Below the pieces are notes generated by a model. It saw nothing but the letters and a program-made list of their open reading frames with translations, made no database searches and was not told the DNA's origin. DNA of 64,000 bases, taken from the NCBI GenBank assembly GCA_046596135.1, contig JBKJMX010000001.1, positions 1,912-65,911 of the forward strand. Direction: 5' to 3'. A program made the position numbers and the translations under genes. Source of the DNA: Gemmatimonadales bacterium (GTDB taxonomy: Bacteria; Gemmatimonadota; Gemmatimonadetes; Gemmatimonadales; GWC2-71-9). Below, piece after piece: positions 38,001-49,671 of the stretch. Every line of letters begins with the position of its first letter. The stretch's first letter is position 1.

Positions 38001-41000
38001 ATCGCACATGCACTCAGCATCTCGCAGCTCAGCGCCCGTACCACCGCCGTCTCCGATGCTGACGCCCGCACGCTTCGCCTGATCGCGCGGCGGACCTGGC
38101 GATTTTTCAGCACGTTCGTCACGGCCGGCGACAGATGGCTCGCGCCCGACAACTTCCAGGAGACCCCGCAGCCGGTCGTCGCGCACCGCACGTCACCGAC
38201 GAACATCGGCCTGTCGCTGCTGGCGAACGTCTCGGCCCGCGACTTTGGCTGGATCGGATCGGTGACCATGCTCGACCGTCTCGAGGCCACCCTCTCCTCG
38301 GTCAGGCGTCTGGAGTTCTGCCGCGGCCACCTCTACAACTGGTACGAGACCACCGAAGGGCGGGCGCTGGAGCCACGGTACATCTCATCGGTCGACAGCG
38401 GCAACTTCGTCGGCTGCCTGATCGCCACCGGCAACGCCTGTCGCGAACTGCTCGATCGACCCGCCATGCCGACGTCCTCGATGACCGGTATCCTCGACAC
38501 GGTGGACCTGCTGCGCCGGGCGGTGCGCAACGTGGGCGATCACGCCGACGTCGAGCGAAACGTGCGGCGCCGGATCGACGAGCAGATGGCCCGGATCATG
38601 GAACGCGCGGCCGTCGCCGCCGTGACGCCGCATGATCAGGTAGCGCGGCTCGAAGCGCTCTCCGTCGATGCCCGCGCCCTGCTCGACATGGCGGAGGCAG
38701 CCGGCCTGCAGTCGGTGGGGGAGCACGACGTGGCGGCGTGGGCCGGCGCCCTCATCGACGATGTGGCGAGCCAGCTCATGGATTTCGACCGCCTCGCGCC
38801 GTGGGTGCGGCTTCGACTGGGCGGCGCCGCCAACGCCTTTGCCCCGCTGCTCGCCGGTCCCACGCTCGCGGAGCTGCCGGCGCGCTGCACGCTGGTCGCG
38901 CGCTCGCTGGCGGCCCTCCGGGCCTCGGGCGATGCCGCGCCCCTGGACGTCGACCTCGAAAGTCTCGGGATCGCCGTCGAGCAATGTGAGCGCTCGGCGC
39001 GATCCCTGGTGATTCGGATCGCGGCGCTCGCCTCGGACACGACGCGGATGGTCGATGCGACGGAGTTCGGCTTTCTCTTCGATCCGCTGCGCAAGCTCTT
39101 CTCGATCGGATACCGTGTCGCCGAGGATTCGCTCGACCCCGGTCATTACGACCTCCTCGCCTCCGAGGCACGCCTGCTCAGCTACATCGCCATCGCGAAG
39201 GGCGACGTACCCGTCGAGCACTGGTTCCGGCTGGGCCGATCGCTGACGCCCGTGGGCCGTGACTCGGTGCTCATGTCGTGGTCGGGATCGATGTTCGAGT
39301 ACCTCATGCCGGCGCTGCTGATGCGAACCCCCGTGGGCAGCCTGATCGAGCAGACCTGCCGCTTGGTGGTGAATCGCCAGATCGCGTACGGCGAGGAGCG
39401 CGACATCCCATGGGGCGTGTCGGAATCCGGGTACAGCGCGCGCGATCTCGAGATGACGTACAAATATTCCGCCTTCGGCGTCCCCGGACTCGGCCTGAAG
39501 CGGGGACTCGGCGACGCGATCGTGATCACCCCGCACGCCACCGGTTTGGCATCGATGATCGACCCTGGCGAGGCGGCACGGAACTTTGCCGAGCTGCGAC
39601 GGGTGGGTGCATCCGGTCCCTATGGCTTTTACGAAGCCGTGGATTTTACCGCCTCCCGTCGCCCGCCAGGCGAGCGGGGTGCCGTCGTGCACAGCTACAT
39701 GGCGCACCACCAGGGCATGATGCTGGTGGCGATCACCAACGCGCTCCATGATGGCGCGATGCGCTCACGCTTTCATGCGGAGCCGATGGTGCAGGCGTCC
39801 GAGATGCTCCTGCAGGAACGGACACCACGCGATGTCGCGGTGGCGCGCCCACGCGTCGAGGAGTTCACGGCGGTCGGCGATGTCCGCGAGTCGGTGCCAG
39901 CAGTGTCGAGAACGTTCTCGTCGCCACACGGCACCACGCCCCGAACCCATTTGCTCTCCAACGGCCGGTACGCCGTGATGCTCACCTCGGCCGGGGGGGG
40001 ATACAGCCGGTGCAATGGACTCGCCGTAACCCGCTGGCGAGAGGACGTCACGTGCGACGACACGGGCTCGTTCGTGTTCCTGCGCGACACGGAGAGCGGC
40101 GAATCCTGGTCTGCCGCGTTCCAGCCCTCAGCTCGCGAGGCATCGGCGTGGGAACTCGCCTTCCAGGAGGATCGAGCGGAGCTCAGCCGACGTGATGGTA
40201 GCATGACCACCCGCCTCGAGGTCATCGTATCGGCTGAGGACGATGCCGAACTGCGGCTCGTCTCACTCACCAACCATGGACGCACCACCCGCGACATCGA
40301 CGTGACGTCGTATGCAGAGGTCGTCCTGGCCCCCCATGCCGCCGACGTGGCCCACCCCGCGTTCTCGAACCTGTTCGTCAGCACCGAGGTGGTGAGCGAG
40401 GCGAATGCGCTCCTGGCGACACGCCGGCAACGATCACCCGACGATCCCGAGGTGTGGCTGGCGCACGTGGTGGCGACATCCGACGGAAGCGACACGATGC
40501 AGTGGGAGACTGATCGGTACCGCTTCGTGGGCCGGGGCAACACTCTCCGCACGGCCGACGGGGCGGTGAGCGGGCGCCCACTGTCCAACACGACGGGGCC
40601 CGTGCTCGATCCGATTGTGAGCCTGCGCCGACACGTGACCATCCGTCCCGGGCGCACCGTCCGCCTCTGCTTCTCGACCATGGTGGCGGAATCGCGGGAC
40701 GCGGTCCTCGACCTGGCCGACAAGTACCAGGACCTCACGATCTTCGAACGGGCCGGCACACTCGCGTGGACACGCGCCCAGGTCCAGATGCACCACGTCG
40801 GCATCGGTCCCAACGAGGCACACCTCTTCCAGGAGCTCGCCGCCCCGCTGCTCTATGCGGATCGAGCGATGCGGGCACCTGCCGCGATCATCGCGCGACA
40901 GCACGGCGGCGCGTCGATGCTCTGGCCGCACGGCATTTCAGGCGACCTCCCGCTGGTGCTGGTGACGATCGAAGACGCGGAGGATGTCGGGCTGATCCGT

Positions 41001-43784
41001 CAATTGCTGCGCGCCCACGAATACTGGAAGATGAAGCGCCTCGCGGTCGACCTCGTCATCCTGAATGAACGGGCACCGTCATACGTGCAGGACCTGCAGC
41101 TCACCCTCCAGACGATGTTGCGGGCAAGTCCGGCGGTGGCGCCCGGTGGCGGGGCGGAGGTTCCCAGCGGGACCTACCTGCTGCGGGCCGAGCAACTCAC
41201 GGAGGTGCAGCGCGACGTCCTGTTCGCATCCGCCAGAGTCATCCTCTCCGCGCGACGTGGCACACTGGCCGACCAGGTCGGACGGGTCCGGTCGACGACG
41301 GTTGCCGCCCCCATCTCGACCGTTTCCCCGCGGGCTCCGTTGCGCGCGCCCGACCCGGTACCTTCCGGACTGGATGGCCTCGCGTTCGCGAACGGACATG
41401 GCGGATTCACTGCTGATGGACGCGAGTATCTCATCACGACCTCGGTGGCTCGCCCGACCCCGCTGCCCTGGATCAACGTGCTGGCCAACGAATCGTTCGG
41501 GGCGCTGGTATCCGAGGCCGGCGCCGGCTCGACCTGGGCACGGAACAGCCAGAGCAATCGCCTCACGTCGTGGTCGAACGATCCCGTCACTGACCCGCCG
41601 CCGGAAGTGATCTATCTGCGCGACGCCGACAGCGGCAATGTGTGGACGCCCACTGGCGCGCCGATGGCGGGATGGAGCGGGTCGTGCGAGGTGGGGCATG
41701 GCGCCGGATACACCCGCCACCGCCGCCGCGTCGACGGCCTCGACCACGAACTGGTGCAGTTCGTGGCGGTGGACGACCCAGTCAAGGTTTCGCGTCTCAC
41801 CGTGCACAACCCCGGTGGGCGCTCGCGGGGACTGTCGGTCACTGCCTACGTGGAATGGGTTCTTGGCACGACACGCGACGCGACGTCGCAGCACCTTGTC
41901 ACCGAGCTCGACGCTGCAACGGGCGCGCTGTTCGCCCGGAATCCGTGGCACCCCGACTACGCCGCGCATGTCGCCTTCGCCGACCTCGCCGGCGCCCAGG
42001 AGTCCGTCACCGGCGACCGCACCGAATTCCTGGGCCGCAATGGCTCGGTGACCCAGCCGGCCGCCCTCCGGCGCGATGCTGCACTGTCGAACAAGGTGGG
42101 CGCCGGTCGGGATCCGTGCGGTGCGCTGCGGTGTAACCTGGTCATCCCGGCCGGCGAGTCGCGGTCCGTGACCTTCCTGCTCGGCCAGGCCCCGGACGCG
42201 GCCGCTGCGTCAGCGCTGGTTGCCCGGGTGCGCGCCAAAAATGTCGACGCGATGCTGCACGCGGTCATTGCGCAGTGGGACGCGGTACTCGGTGCGCTGC
42301 AGGTGCAGACGCCCGAGCCGTCATTCGACGTGATGATCAACCGATGGCTCCAGTATCAGGTGCTCGCGTGTCGCCTGTGGGCCCGCGCGGCGTTCTACCA
42401 ATCGAGCGGTGCATACGGATTTCGGGACCAGTTGCAGGACGTCATGGCTCTGCTGGCGAGTCGGCCTGATCTGGCCCGTGACCAGGTGCTCCGGGCGGCG
42501 TCGAGGCAGTTTGTGGAGGGCGACGTACAGCACTGGTGGCATCCGCCCTCGGGACGCGGGGTGCGCACACGCTTCTCGGATGACCTGCTGTGGCTGCCGT
42601 TTGTCACGATGCAATACCTCCGCGTCACGGCCGACGCGCCGGTGCTCAATGCAATCGTGCCGTTCATCGAGGGCCCGGCGCTCGCTCCTGGGCACATGGA
42701 GGCGTATTTCGAGCCACGCCTCTCCGGTGAGAGCGCCAGCATCTATGAACATTGCGCACGCACTATTGACCGCAGTCTCGCCGTCGGTGCCCATGGCCTT
42801 CCGCTGATCGGTGCGGGCGACTGGAACGACGGCATGAGCCGGGTCGGCGTGGAAGGCCGCGGTGAAAGCGTCTGGATGGGATGGTTCCTTCACACCATCC
42901 TGGCAGATTGGGTGGCGGTTGCCGCGGAACGGGGTGAGGCCGAGCGCGCCCGGGCGTGGAGCGATCACCGCGATTCGCTCGCGTCGGCACTCGAGACAGC
43001 GGGTTGGGACGGGGCCTGGTACCGCCGTGCCTACTTCGACGACGGCACGCCGCTCGGTTCCGCCACCAACGACGAATGCCAGATCGACGCCATCGCGCAA
43101 TCGTGGAGTGTGATCTCGGGGGCCGGCCTTCCGGATCATCAGGCGCAGGCCATGGCGTCGCTCGATGAACGACTCGTGCGACGTGATGACAGCCTCATCC
43201 TGTTGCTGGCGCCCCCCTTCGACGAGACGCAACTCGAACCGGGGTACATCAAGGGATACCTGCCGGGGATCCGGGAGAATGGCGCGCAGTACACCCACGC
43301 CGCCGCCTGGGCAGTGATCGCCCGCGCAATGCTCGGCGACGGCGACATGGCGATGGAGTACTTCAACTTGATCAATCCCGTGCGGTTGACCGGAACGCCG
43401 GCGGATGCGGCGCGTTACATGGGCGAACCGTATGCGCTGGCGGGCGACGTGTACTCGACCACGCCCCACATCGGCCGGGTCGGCTGGAGCTGGTACACGG
43501 GGTCGGCATCCTGGCTCTATCGCGCCGGCACGGAATTCATCCTCGGGTTCACCCTTCGCGGCGACCGGCTGATCGTTGATCCGTGCATTCCGCGCGACTG
43601 GCCGGAGTTCACGATGACCTACCGGCATGCAACCAGCACGTACCAGATCCGCGTCGTGAATCCTGGCGGCGTCAATCGCGGGGTCCGGTCGATGACAGTC
43701 GAAGGCGAGATTGGTGATCACGTTGCAGGTCTGCAACTGATCGATGACGGAACCACCCGTCATGTCGAGATCGAGCTCGGTTGA
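35097..43784 (+). CDS. cyclic beta-1,2-glucan synthase (NdvB/ChvB/Cgs-like; GT84 + GH94-type domains)
   Basis: 2895 aa. GGAGAG lies 4 nt upstream of the ATG at 35097. N-terminal [21 protein letters not shown] helices flank a GT domain (ITLDSDT...SHDLYEG...[10 protein letters not shown]). The C-terminal part is like glycosyl phosphorylase (GH94). Confidence 0.88.
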   Translation: MVSRAPGWTTDDSTLQDPIRAELFGPERLEQHAASLAHAQQVTRIAIKGGPLLERVRDNRRVLRAMQAQIAEAVTDERWITPSAEWLLDNFYIVDEQLREIRDDLPQGFYRELPKLIDGPLATLPRVYGITWAFIAHTDSRFDPDLLIRFIDSYQRVDPLTIGELWAIAITLRVVLVENLRRCAEAIARSMHERERADRLADELLGAEGDQASTSAALLQRYEDIPISRAFAVELVMRLRDRDPAATPALKWLNERLTREGSSADDLVNEDHHRQAAMTVTVRNIITSMRLASAFDWAVFVERVSLVDELLRTHPTYPAMDFASRDAYRHAIEDLSRRSSRSELEVAREALRRADPAGEAPGGIARDARQDDPGYYLFGRGRREFEHEVGYHPSAMRRIFRAYLDVAVPGYLGSIVVLTAVVLAIPIVLARSAGVAPFDLVVLALLALIPASDLAIALLNRSVTAIVPPSLLPRLELKNGIPLELRTLVVIPTLLTSPEEIEETVERLEVHYLANPDGDVHFAILSDWTDAATARMPGDEAMLSAAQRGIARLNARHGEVRFHLLHRRRTWNGSEGTWMGWERKRGKLHELNRLLRGATDTTFVSVDGSPVAAPQGVQYIITLDSDTRIPIDAVAGLVGTMAHPLNRPLFDDASRRVVDGYAILQPRVTPPLPGRAGSLYQQLVSGSPGIDPYASAISDVYQDIFGEGSFTGKGIYDLDAFEAALAGRVPENRLLSHDLYEGIFARAGLVTDIEVFEYAPASYTVAAARQHRWVRGDWQLLPWLFARGLPLVARWKILDNMRRSLSAPSAFLTIVLAWSLADVAPMRWMLFILATIVIPALIPVAAGVVPRGRGISKRSHVRAVRRDLEAAGWHTAVTVTMLAHQSWVMGDAILRTLGRVIITRRHLLQWTTAAQSANSHRNRIRDFMGRMAGALVLTAAATVAVAWNQAPRWQTAVPLLLLWAFSPVIAHALSISQLSARTTAVSDADARTLRLIARRTWRFFSTFVTAGDRWLAPDNFQETPQPVVAHRTSPTNIGLSLLANVSARDFGWIGSVTMLDRLEATLSSVRRLEFCRGHLYNWYETTEGRALEPRYISSVDSGNFVGCLIATGNACRELLDRPAMPTSSMTGILDTVDLLRRAVRNVGDHADVERNVRRRIDEQMARIMERAAVAAVTPHDQVARLEALSVDARALLDMAEAAGLQSVGEHDVAAWAGALIDDVASQLMDFDRLAPWVRLRLGGAANAFAPLLAGPTLAELPARCTLVARSLAALRASGDAAPLDVDLESLGIAVEQCERSARSLVIRIAALASDTTRMVDATEFGFLFDPLRKLFSIGYRVAEDSLDPGHYDLLASEARLLSYIAIAKGDVPVEHWFRLGRSLTPVGRDSVLMSWSGSMFEYLMPALLMRTPVGSLIEQTCRLVVNRQIAYGEERDIPWGVSESGYSARDLEMTYKYSAFGVPGLGLKRGLGDAIVITPHATGLASMIDPGEAARNFAELRRVGASGPYGFYEAVDFTASRRPPGERGAVVHSYMAHHQGMMLVAITNALHDGAMRSRFHAEPMVQASEMLLQERTPRDVAVARPRVEEFTAVGDVRESVPAVSRTFSSPHGTTPRTHLLSNGRYAVMLTSAGGGYSRCNGLAVTRWREDVTCDDTGSFVFLRDTESGESWSAAFQPSAREASAWELAFQEDRAELSRRDGSMTTRLEVIVSAEDDAELRLVSLTNHGRTTRDIDVTSYAEVVLAPHAADVAHPAFSNLFVSTEVVSEANALLATRRQRSPDDPEVWLAHVVATSDGSDTMQWETDRYRFVGRGNTLRTADGAVSGRPLSNTTGPVLDPIVSLRRHVTIRPGRTVRLCFSTMVAESRDAVLDLADKYQDLTIFERAGTLAWTRAQVQMHHVGIGPNEAHLFQELAAPLLYADRAMRAPAAIIARQHGGASMLWPHGISGDLPLVLVTIEDAEDVGLIRQLLRAHEYWKMKRLAVDLVILNERAPSYVQDLQLTLQTMLRASPAVAPGGGAEVPSGTYLLRAEQLTEVQRDVLFASARVILSARRGTLADQVGRVRSTTVAAPISTVSPRAPLRAPDPVPSGLDGLAFANGHGGFTADGREYLITTSVARPTPLPWINVLANESFGALVSEAGAGSTWARNSQSNRLTSWSNDPVTDPPPEVIYLRDADSGNVWTPTGAPMAGWSGSCEVGHGAGYTRHRRRVDGLDHELVQFVAVDDPVKVSRLTVHNPGGRSRGLSVTAYVEWVLGTTRDATSQHLVTELDAATGALFARNPWHPDYAAHVAFADLAGAQESVTGDRTEFLGRNGSVTQPAALRRDAALSNKVGAGRDPCGALRCNLVIPAGESRSVTFLLGQAPDAAAASALVARVRAKNVDAMLHAVIAQWDAVLGALQVQTPEPSFDVMINRWLQYQVLACRLWARAAFYQSSGAYGFRDQLQDVMALLASRPDLARDQVLRAASRQFVEGDVQHWWHPPSGRGVRTRFSDDLLWLPFVTMQYLRVTADAPVLNAIVPFIEGPALAPGHMEAYFEPRLSGESASIYEHCARTIDRSLAVGAHGLPLIGAGDWNDGMSRVGVEGRGESVWMGWFLHTILADWVAVAAERGEAERARAWSDHRDSLASALETAGWDGAWYRRAYFDDGTPLGSATNDECQIDAIAQSWSVISGAGLPDHQAQAMASLDERLVRRDDSLILLLAPPFDETQLEPGYIKGYLPGIRENGAQYTHAAAWAVIARAMLGDGDMAMEYFNLINPVRLTGTPADAARYMGEPYALAGDVYSTTPHIGRVGWSWYTGSASWLYRAGTEFILGFTLRGDRLIVDPCIPRDWPEFTMTYRHATSTYQIRVVNPGGVNRGVRSMTVEGEIGDHVAGLQLIDDGTTRHVEIELG

Positions 43785-43871
43785 TCAGGAACCGGTAAGG
43801 CGGAGCGAGCGGCGCAACCATCTGCGGATGATCGGCGTCTAACGCCGTGAACCCTTCCGCGGACCGGTCCC

Positions 43872-46409
43872 ATGCTTTTCATTGTTGCCACTGTCCTGGC
43901 TTTCCAGGGAGACGCAAATCCTGGCCGTGTCCCGATCACGGATCATTCGCTCCGAACCGTGACGGCCACCCGCGCCGCCGAAGCGCCCGCGATCGACGGC
44001 CGGGACGATGATGCGGTGTGGCAGCAGGCACCACACACCGACCAGTTTCGTGAGGCACGGCCGATCGAGGACGGCCCGCCCCGCCAACGAACATCGTTTC
44101 AGGTGGCGTACGACGTACACTATCTCTACGTGTTCGTTCGTGCATTCGACACCCATCCCGACAGCATCGTCAGCCTCCTCTCACGCCGCGACGCGCCCAC
44201 CGCGTCCGATCAGGTCAGCGTGTTCGTCGACTCCTATCACGACCGTCGCACGGGCTATGAGTTCCGCGTCAACCCGGCGGGTGTGAAAGCCGACTACGCC
44301 ATCTACAACGACGGCAATGGCGACGATGCATGGGACGCCATCTGGGACGTGGCAACGCGCGTCGACTCCTCAGGATGGACGGCGGAGTATCGCATTCCGC
44401 TCTCGCAGCTGCGCTTTGCCGCCGCGCCCGAGGTGACTTTTGGCTTTGCGGTTTGGCGAAACCTGCAGCGTCACACCGCACTGATCACCTGGCCACTCGG
44501 TCGGATGTCGCAGAGCGGTATGGTGTCACAGTTCGGCGAGCTGAACGGCTTGCGCGACCTCGCAACGCCGCGTCGCGCCGAGTTGGCGCCCTACCTGCTC
44601 TCCCGCAATGCGAGCCGACCCGCGGCCGACGGATTCACCCGGCACCAGGCGATGCAGGTGGGGGGCGACCTGAAATACGGCGTGGCCTCGAACCTCACGC
44701 TCAACGCCACCGTGAACCCCGACTTCGGCCAAGTCGAGGCAGATCCCGCGGTGCTGAACCTGTCCGCCTTCGAGACCTTCTTCAGCGAGCGCCGGCCCTT
44801 CTTTGTCGAGGGTGCCGGGCTCTTCGATTTCCGCGTCAACTGTTTTGCGGTGGTCGATTGCGAAACTGGTGAGGGCCTCTTCTACACCAGACGCATCGGC
44901 CGAGCGCCCGAACTCGCGGGCCGTTACGGCGACGCCCTCTCGCCCACATCGACCCGCATCCTGGGCGCCGCGAAACTGACTGGCCGTCTCCCCGGCGGGT
45001 TGTCGATCGGCGTGCTCGACGCCGTGACCGACCGGGTGGGCGGCGGGGGCAGCGCGACCATCGAGCCGCGCACCAACTACGCGGTGCTGAGGATGAACCA
45101 GGACTTTGCGGCGGGAAATGGCAGCGTTGGCGTCATGGTGACTGGCGTGAACCGGGCGCTCGACACGTGGACCGAGCCGTTCATGCACCAGGGCGCGTAT
45201 ACCGGTGGCATCGATGCTCGCCGTCGGCTCGGACGCTACGAATTTTCCGGCTCGCTCATGGCGAGTCAGGTGTCTGGTACCGCCGAGGCGATCGCCCTCA
45301 CCCAGCGGCGCCCCACGCACTACTTCCAGCGACCCGACGACGACATCGCCTACGACTCGACCCAGACCTCGCTCTCGGGATACTCCACGGAAGTCCGATT
45401 CGCCAAGGTGGGTGGGCAGCACACCGCTTTCGAGACCGGGTACGGCCGCCGATCGGCCGGGTTCGAGCTCAATGACATCGGATTCCTGCAGCGGGCCGAT
45501 CAGCAGACATGGACGAACTGGTTCGCGTTACGCTTCAACGATCCGAACCGGGTCTTCCAGCGCCTCAACTGGAACTTCAACTGGTGGCAATACTGGACCC
45601 TCGAGGGGCTCCCCACCGAGCGCGCGTTCAACACCAATGTCCACACCCAGCTCAACAACCGCTGGTGGCTGCACGCTGGCGGCACCAAGAGCATTGGTCA
45701 GGTCTACTGCGATCGCAACTGCACGCGCGGTGGCCCCGCGCTCAAAACCGAACCTTACTTTTCGCCATGGGCTGGCGTCGAGGGCGACGGTCGCCGGGTG
45801 ATCGTGCCGGCGATGTGGGTCAACTACTGGCGCGGCGACGGGGGGCGAAGCAGGTCGATCAACATCCAGCCGTCGGTGCTTGTGAATCTCTCCACCCGGC
45901 TGTCGTCATCCACCGGGCTCAGTTATACCGACAACGAGGATGACTCGCAGTGGTACGGCAACGTCGTCGACGCAGCCGGTGCGCCTCACTACACCTTTGC
46001 GGCGCTCGACCAGGAGACACTCGGGCTCACCTGGCGCGTCAACTATACCTTCTCGCCCGAGGCATCGCTCCAGCTCTACGCCAATCCGTTTGTGTCCAAG
46101 GGGTCCTACACCAGGGTCCGCGAACTGGCCGATCCGAGGGCCGATTATTACGAGGACCGATTCCAGCCGTGGGAACCTGCGACTGCCACGGGACCGGCGG
46201 GATTCAACGTCATGCGATTCCGGTCGAACGCTGTGTTCCGCTGGGAATATCGACCGGGGTCAACCGTCTTCCTCGTCTGGAGCCAAGGGCGCCAGCAATT
46301 CGCTTCGGAGCGTGGCAACTCCGGCTTCAGGGGCGATTACGACTCACTATTCGGCCAGCGCGCAGACGACACCTTCCTCGTCAAGGTGTCCTACTGGCTC
46401 GGCCGCTGA
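43872..46409 (+). CDS. CBM9/DOMON-like domain plus DUF5916-like putative outer-membrane protein
   Basis: N-terminal IDGRDDDAVWQQA...FQVAYD..YLYVFVRAF...WTAEYRIPLSQLRF resembles the carbohydrate-binding family 9 fold. Long beta-rich C-terminal region. Short signal-like N-terminus. Confidence 0.65.
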   Translation: MLFIVATVLAFQGDANPGRVPITDHSLRTVTATRAAEAPAIDGRDDDAVWQQAPHTDQFREARPIEDGPPRQRTSFQVAYDVHYLYVFVRAFDTHPDSIVSLLSRRDAPTASDQVSVFVDSYHDRRTGYEFRVNPAGVKADYAIYNDGNGDDAWDAIWDVATRVDSSGWTAEYRIPLSQLRFAAAPEVTFGFAVWRNLQRHTALITWPLGRMSQSGMVSQFGELNGLRDLATPRRAELAPYLLSRNASRPAADGFTRHQAMQVGGDLKYGVASNLTLNATVNPDFGQVEADPAVLNLSAFETFFSERRPFFVEGAGLFDFRVNCFAVVDCETGEGLFYTRRIGRAPELAGRYGDALSPTSTRILGAAKLTGRLPGGLSIGVLDAVTDRVGGGGSATIEPRTNYAVLRMNQDFAAGNGSVGVMVTGVNRALDTWTEPFMHQGAYTGGIDARRRLGRYEFSGSLMASQVSGTAEAIALTQRRPTHYFQRPDDDIAYDSTQTSLSGYSTEVRFAKVGGQHTAFETGYGRRSAGFELNDIGFLQRADQQTWTNWFALRFNDPNRVFQRLNWNFNWWQYWTLEGLPTERAFNTNVHTQLNNRWWLHAGGTKSIGQVYCDRNCTRGGPALKTEPYFSPWAGVEGDGRRVIVPAMWVNYWRGDGGRSRSINIQPSVLVNLSTRLSSSTGLSYTDNEDDSQWYGNVVDAAGAPHYTFAALDQETLGLTWRVNYTFSPEASLQLYANPFVSKGSYTRVRELADPRADYYEDRFQPWEPATATGPAGFNVMRFRSNAVFRWEYRPGSTVFLVWSQGRQQFASERGNSGFRGDYDSLFGQRADDTFLVKVSYWLGR

Positions 46410-46415
46410 ACGGAC

Positions 46416-47660
46416 TCACGGGGTGATGCGCCACAACTCGCCCCGTGCCTCGTCAGTGACGACGTACAGCGCGCCGTCAGTTCCCTCGCGAACGTCACGC
46501 ACTCGCTGCTGGCGATCGGTCAGGAGGTGCTCCTCGCCGGTCACCCGATCGTTGGTGATCACGAGGCGAACCAGTGCCGCGGCACCGAGCCCACCGATGA
46601 ACAGGTTGTCCTTCCACTCGGGGAACCCCCTGCCGCTGTGGAACTGCGCACCCGACGGCGCGATCACTGGGTCCCAATAGTACACCGGCTGGACATACCC
46701 GTCGCGGGCCGTCACCGCACCGCTGATCGCCATTCCGCTGTACTCCTCGCCGTAGCTCACCAGGGGCCAGCCATAGTTGGATCCGGCGACGATGAGATTC
46801 ACTTCGTCGCCGCCGCGCGGGCCATGCTCGATGGTCCAGAGTCGGCCGGACGCGTCGATGGCGGCGCCCTGGATATTGCGATGTCCGAGCGTCCAGATCT
46901 CGGGCCGCGCGCCGGACGTTGTCGCAAAGGGATTGCCCGGAGGCACCGAGCCATCGGGCGCGATTCGCACGACCTTCCCCATGTGACTGCCGAGTTGCTG
47001 GGCCTGGGGTCGCATCTCGCGATCCGACCGCTCGCCCAGCGTTACGAAGAGCATTCCGTCTGCTCCGAAGGCGAGGCGGGAGCCGAAGTGCAGGTTGCCA
47101 TCGTAGGTGGGCTGGGCGCGGAAGATCACGCTCACGTTTTCGACGCGGCGTTGGTCGATCGAGAGTACGCCCCGCGCCACCGATGTCGCGTTGCCGCCGG
47201 TCCGTGGCTCGGCGTAGCTCCAGTAGATCATCCGGTCGGCCGCGAAGTCGGGGCTCAATGCTACGTCGAGCAATCCGCCCTGCCCTTTCGCACTCACCGC
47301 AGGCAGGCCCTCGAGCGGTGAGCCCAGCGCGCCCGTCGCCGACACGATCCGCATCCACCCCGGCCGTTCAGTCACGAGCAGCGACCCGTCAGGCATCGGT
47401 TCAACGGCCCACGGATGGTCGAGCCCGGTCGCGACGACCGTGACGGTGAACCTGGTGGAGGACGTCGCCGCACAGGCCCGAGTCTGGCCGACAAATGCTG
47501 GCTGCTGACCAGCGGCATGGGGAGCCCGGGTGTCAACCGGCGTGCATCCGCCCGGAACCTTCGACACCGGGCCGCCGTTGTCAGCGGCTGGGGGAGAACA
47601 CGCCGCAAGGACGACGCCGGCGGCAACGGCGCAGAAGGTGACGGGAATCCTGGCTGTCAT
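46416..47660 (-). CDS. PQQ-dependent soluble sugar (aldose/sorbosone) dehydrogenase lipoprotein
   Basis: Lipobox VLAAC. LDHPWAVEPMPDGSLLVTERPG, GHRNIQG, EHGPRGGDEVN and GSNYGWP motifs. Confidence 0.85.
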   Translation of the reverse strand: MTARIPVTFCAVAAGVVLAACSPPAADNGGPVSKVPGGCTPVDTRAPHAAGQQPAFVGQTRACAATSSTRFTVTVVATGLDHPWAVEPMPDGSLLVTERPGWMRIVSATGALGSPLEGLPAVSAKGQGGLLDVALSPDFAADRMIYWSYAEPRTGGNATSVARGVLSIDQRRVENVSVIFRAQPTYDGNLHFGSRLAFGADGMLFVTLGERSDREMRPQAQQLGSHMGKVVRIAPDGSVPPGNPFATTSGARPEIWTLGHRNIQGAAIDASGRLWTIEHGPRGGDEVNLIVAGSNYGWPLVSYGEEYSGMAISGAVTARDGYVQPVYYWDPVIAPSGAQFHSGRGFPEWKDNLFIGGLGAAALVRLVITNDRVTGEEHLLTDRQQRVRDVREGTDGALYVVTDEARGELWRITP

Positions 47661-47811
47661 GTGGTCCTCGTTCGGCTGGGGTACCCATGCAACTTACAAG
47701 GGAAAGCCTTTCCGATCGCCGTAGCGTCCCATTCCCCGCCAGTCATTCGTCCTTATCATTGTGGCGCGCCCGACCCCGGGGCGGATTGCAGATGGTCGCC
47801 ATTTCACGAGC

Positions 47812-49641
47812 ATGACCGGAGCCCCAGTGATCTCCCACGCGCAGCGCCTTCTTGCGACCGTCCTCCTCGGCGCTGCAGTGGGTTGCGGCACCAGCAGCAT
47901 CGACCCGGTCATTCCGCCCCCGGCCCCGCCACCGCCACCGCCATCGGGCGGCGTGGTGACACTCGATGCATCACCGGGCGCGCTCATTTTCGTGTCGCTC
48001 GGCACGGCGCAGCAATTGGCAGTGACGCCGCGGGACGCGGCTGGCGGGTCGGTGGCGGCCACGGTGACGTACACCACCCGCCGGACGGGAATCATCCAGG
48101 TCGGCGCGAATGGACTCGTCACCTCAATCGGCAACGGTGTCGACACGGTGGTGGCCTCGGCGGGCGGGAAGACGGCGCTCATTCCGGTGAACGTCACCCA
48201 GGTCGCCACCGCCGTGCAGCTGACCGCCCCGGCGACCCCGCTCGACATGGCAGGCAAAGCTGTGACGCTGGTGGCACAAGCCCGTGACGCGAACAATCGT
48301 GTCATCGACGGTGCACCGATCACTTTCGCGTCCTCCAACGCCGGAGCGCTCCCCGTCGATGCGACGGGAGTGGTCACCGTGGCCCGGGCCGGAACGGCGC
48401 GGATCACGGCGACGCTCGGTTCCCTAAGCAGTGTCGTTGATCTCACCGCGGCCTTCGCCGGTCCCCTGGGTCCACCGATCACTGGCGCGCTCACGGTGTG
48501 CAACGGCGGGATCGCCGGCCCCTTCCCGTGTCAGAACGTCGACCTTGTGGCGTACCTGCCGCGCTCGGCGATCGGCACGCCGTCGACCGCCACGCTGAAC
48601 GACATCTGGGGATGGACCGATCCGCAGGACGGGAAGGAGTACGCGATCGTGCTACGCCGGGACGGCACGTCGTTCATCGATCTATCGGTGCCGTCGGATC
48701 CACGGTTCGTCGGCTACCTGCCGATCACCGGCGGTGCGACGCCCAATGTCTGGCATGATGTGAAGGTGTACCAGAACCACGCCTATATCGTGGCCGACGG
48801 CGCCGGTGCCCATGGCATGCAGGTGTTTGACCTGACGCAGCTCCGGGGTGTGACGAGTCCGCGCGTGTTCGCGCCCAACTCGGTGTATCGCAACATCAAC
48901 AGCGCGCACAACATCGCGATCAACACCGCCTCGGGATTCGGCTACATCGTGGGCGCGAGCGGTGGCGGGACGACCTGCGGCGGTGGGTTGCACATGGTCG
49001 ACCTGCGGAACGCGACGACTCCGGTCTTCGCTGGCTGCTTCGCCGACACCCAGACCGGCCGCACCGGAACTGGATACACCCACGACGTGCAGTGCGTGAA
49101 TTACATCGGACCCGATGCGCAACACGCCGGACGGGAGATCTGCTTCGGCGCCAATGAAACCGCGATCAGCATTGCCGATGTCACGATCAAGACGGCACCG
49201 ATCGCCCTCGCGAGGGCGGGATACCCCGGCGTCGCCTACACCCACCAGGGCTGGCTGACCGAGGACCAACGCTACTTCCTCGTCAACGACGAACTTGATG
49301 AAGGACAGGGAACGGCCAACACCCGGACGCTGGTGTGGGACGTCACCGACCTCGACGATCCCATCCTGGTCATGCAGTACTTCGGACCCACGCGGGCGAC
49401 CGATCACAACCATTACATCCGGGGGACCCGGATGTTCATGTCGAACTATCAGTTTGGCCTGCGCGTGGTGGATGTCAGCTCCCCGGCCGCACCGGTCCAG
49501 CTTGGGTTCTTCGACACGGCGCCTGGCCTGTCGAACACCCCCGGGTACGGTGGATCGTGGAGCAACTATCCGTTCTTCGCGAGCGGGATCATCGTGATGA
49601 GCAGCAGCACAGAGGGATTCTTCGTACTTCGGGCGCGGTGA
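47812..49641 (+). CDS. secreted protein with Big_2-like Ig domains and choice-of-anchor B / LVIVD-repeat beta-propeller
   Basis: Lipoprotein-like start (LLGAAVGCGTSS). Two repeats of the type VTPRDAAGG...TSIGNG. C-terminal IWGWTDP..GKEYAIV, HDVKVYQNHAYIV, MQVFDL and GLRVVDVS motifs. Confidence 0.7.
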   Translation: MTGAPVISHAQRLLATVLLGAAVGCGTSSIDPVIPPPAPPPPPPSGGVVTLDASPGALIFVSLGTAQQLAVTPRDAAGGSVAATVTYTTRRTGIIQVGANGLVTSIGNGVDTVVASAGGKTALIPVNVTQVATAVQLTAPATPLDMAGKAVTLVAQARDANNRVIDGAPITFASSNAGALPVDATGVVTVARAGTARITATLGSLSSVVDLTAAFAGPLGPPITGALTVCNGGIAGPFPCQNVDLVAYLPRSAIGTPSTATLNDIWGWTDPQDGKEYAIVLRRDGTSFIDLSVPSDPRFVGYLPITGGATPNVWHDVKVYQNHAYIVADGAGAHGMQVFDLTQLRGVTSPRVFAPNSVYRNINSAHNIAINTASGFGYIVGASGGGTTCGGGLHMVDLRNATTPVFAGCFADTQTGRTGTGYTHDVQCVNYIGPDAQHAGREICFGANETAISIADVTIKTAPIALARAGYPGVAYTHQGWLTEDQRYFLVNDELDEGQGTANTRTLVWDVTDLDDPILVMQYFGPTRATDHNHYIRGTRMFMSNYQFGLRVVDVSSPAAPVQLGFFDTAPGLSNTPGYGGSWSNYPFFASGIIVMSSSTEGFFVLRAR

Positions 49642-49671
49642 CCTGAACGAACCGGCGCCAGCGGGAACTGC

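Noticed and set aside
42321-43763. 480-aa minus-strand ORF, plus 38385..39749, 39773..40813 and 37382..38290
   Set aside because: All are antisense to the continuous 2895-aa glucan synthase frame and have no motifs.
43820-43850. Small hairpin CGGCGT-CTA-ACGCCG after the glucan synthase gene as a terminator
   Set aside because: The stem is 6 bp with a 3-nt loop and no U-tract. It is too weak to annotate, and the downstream gene may be co-transcribed.
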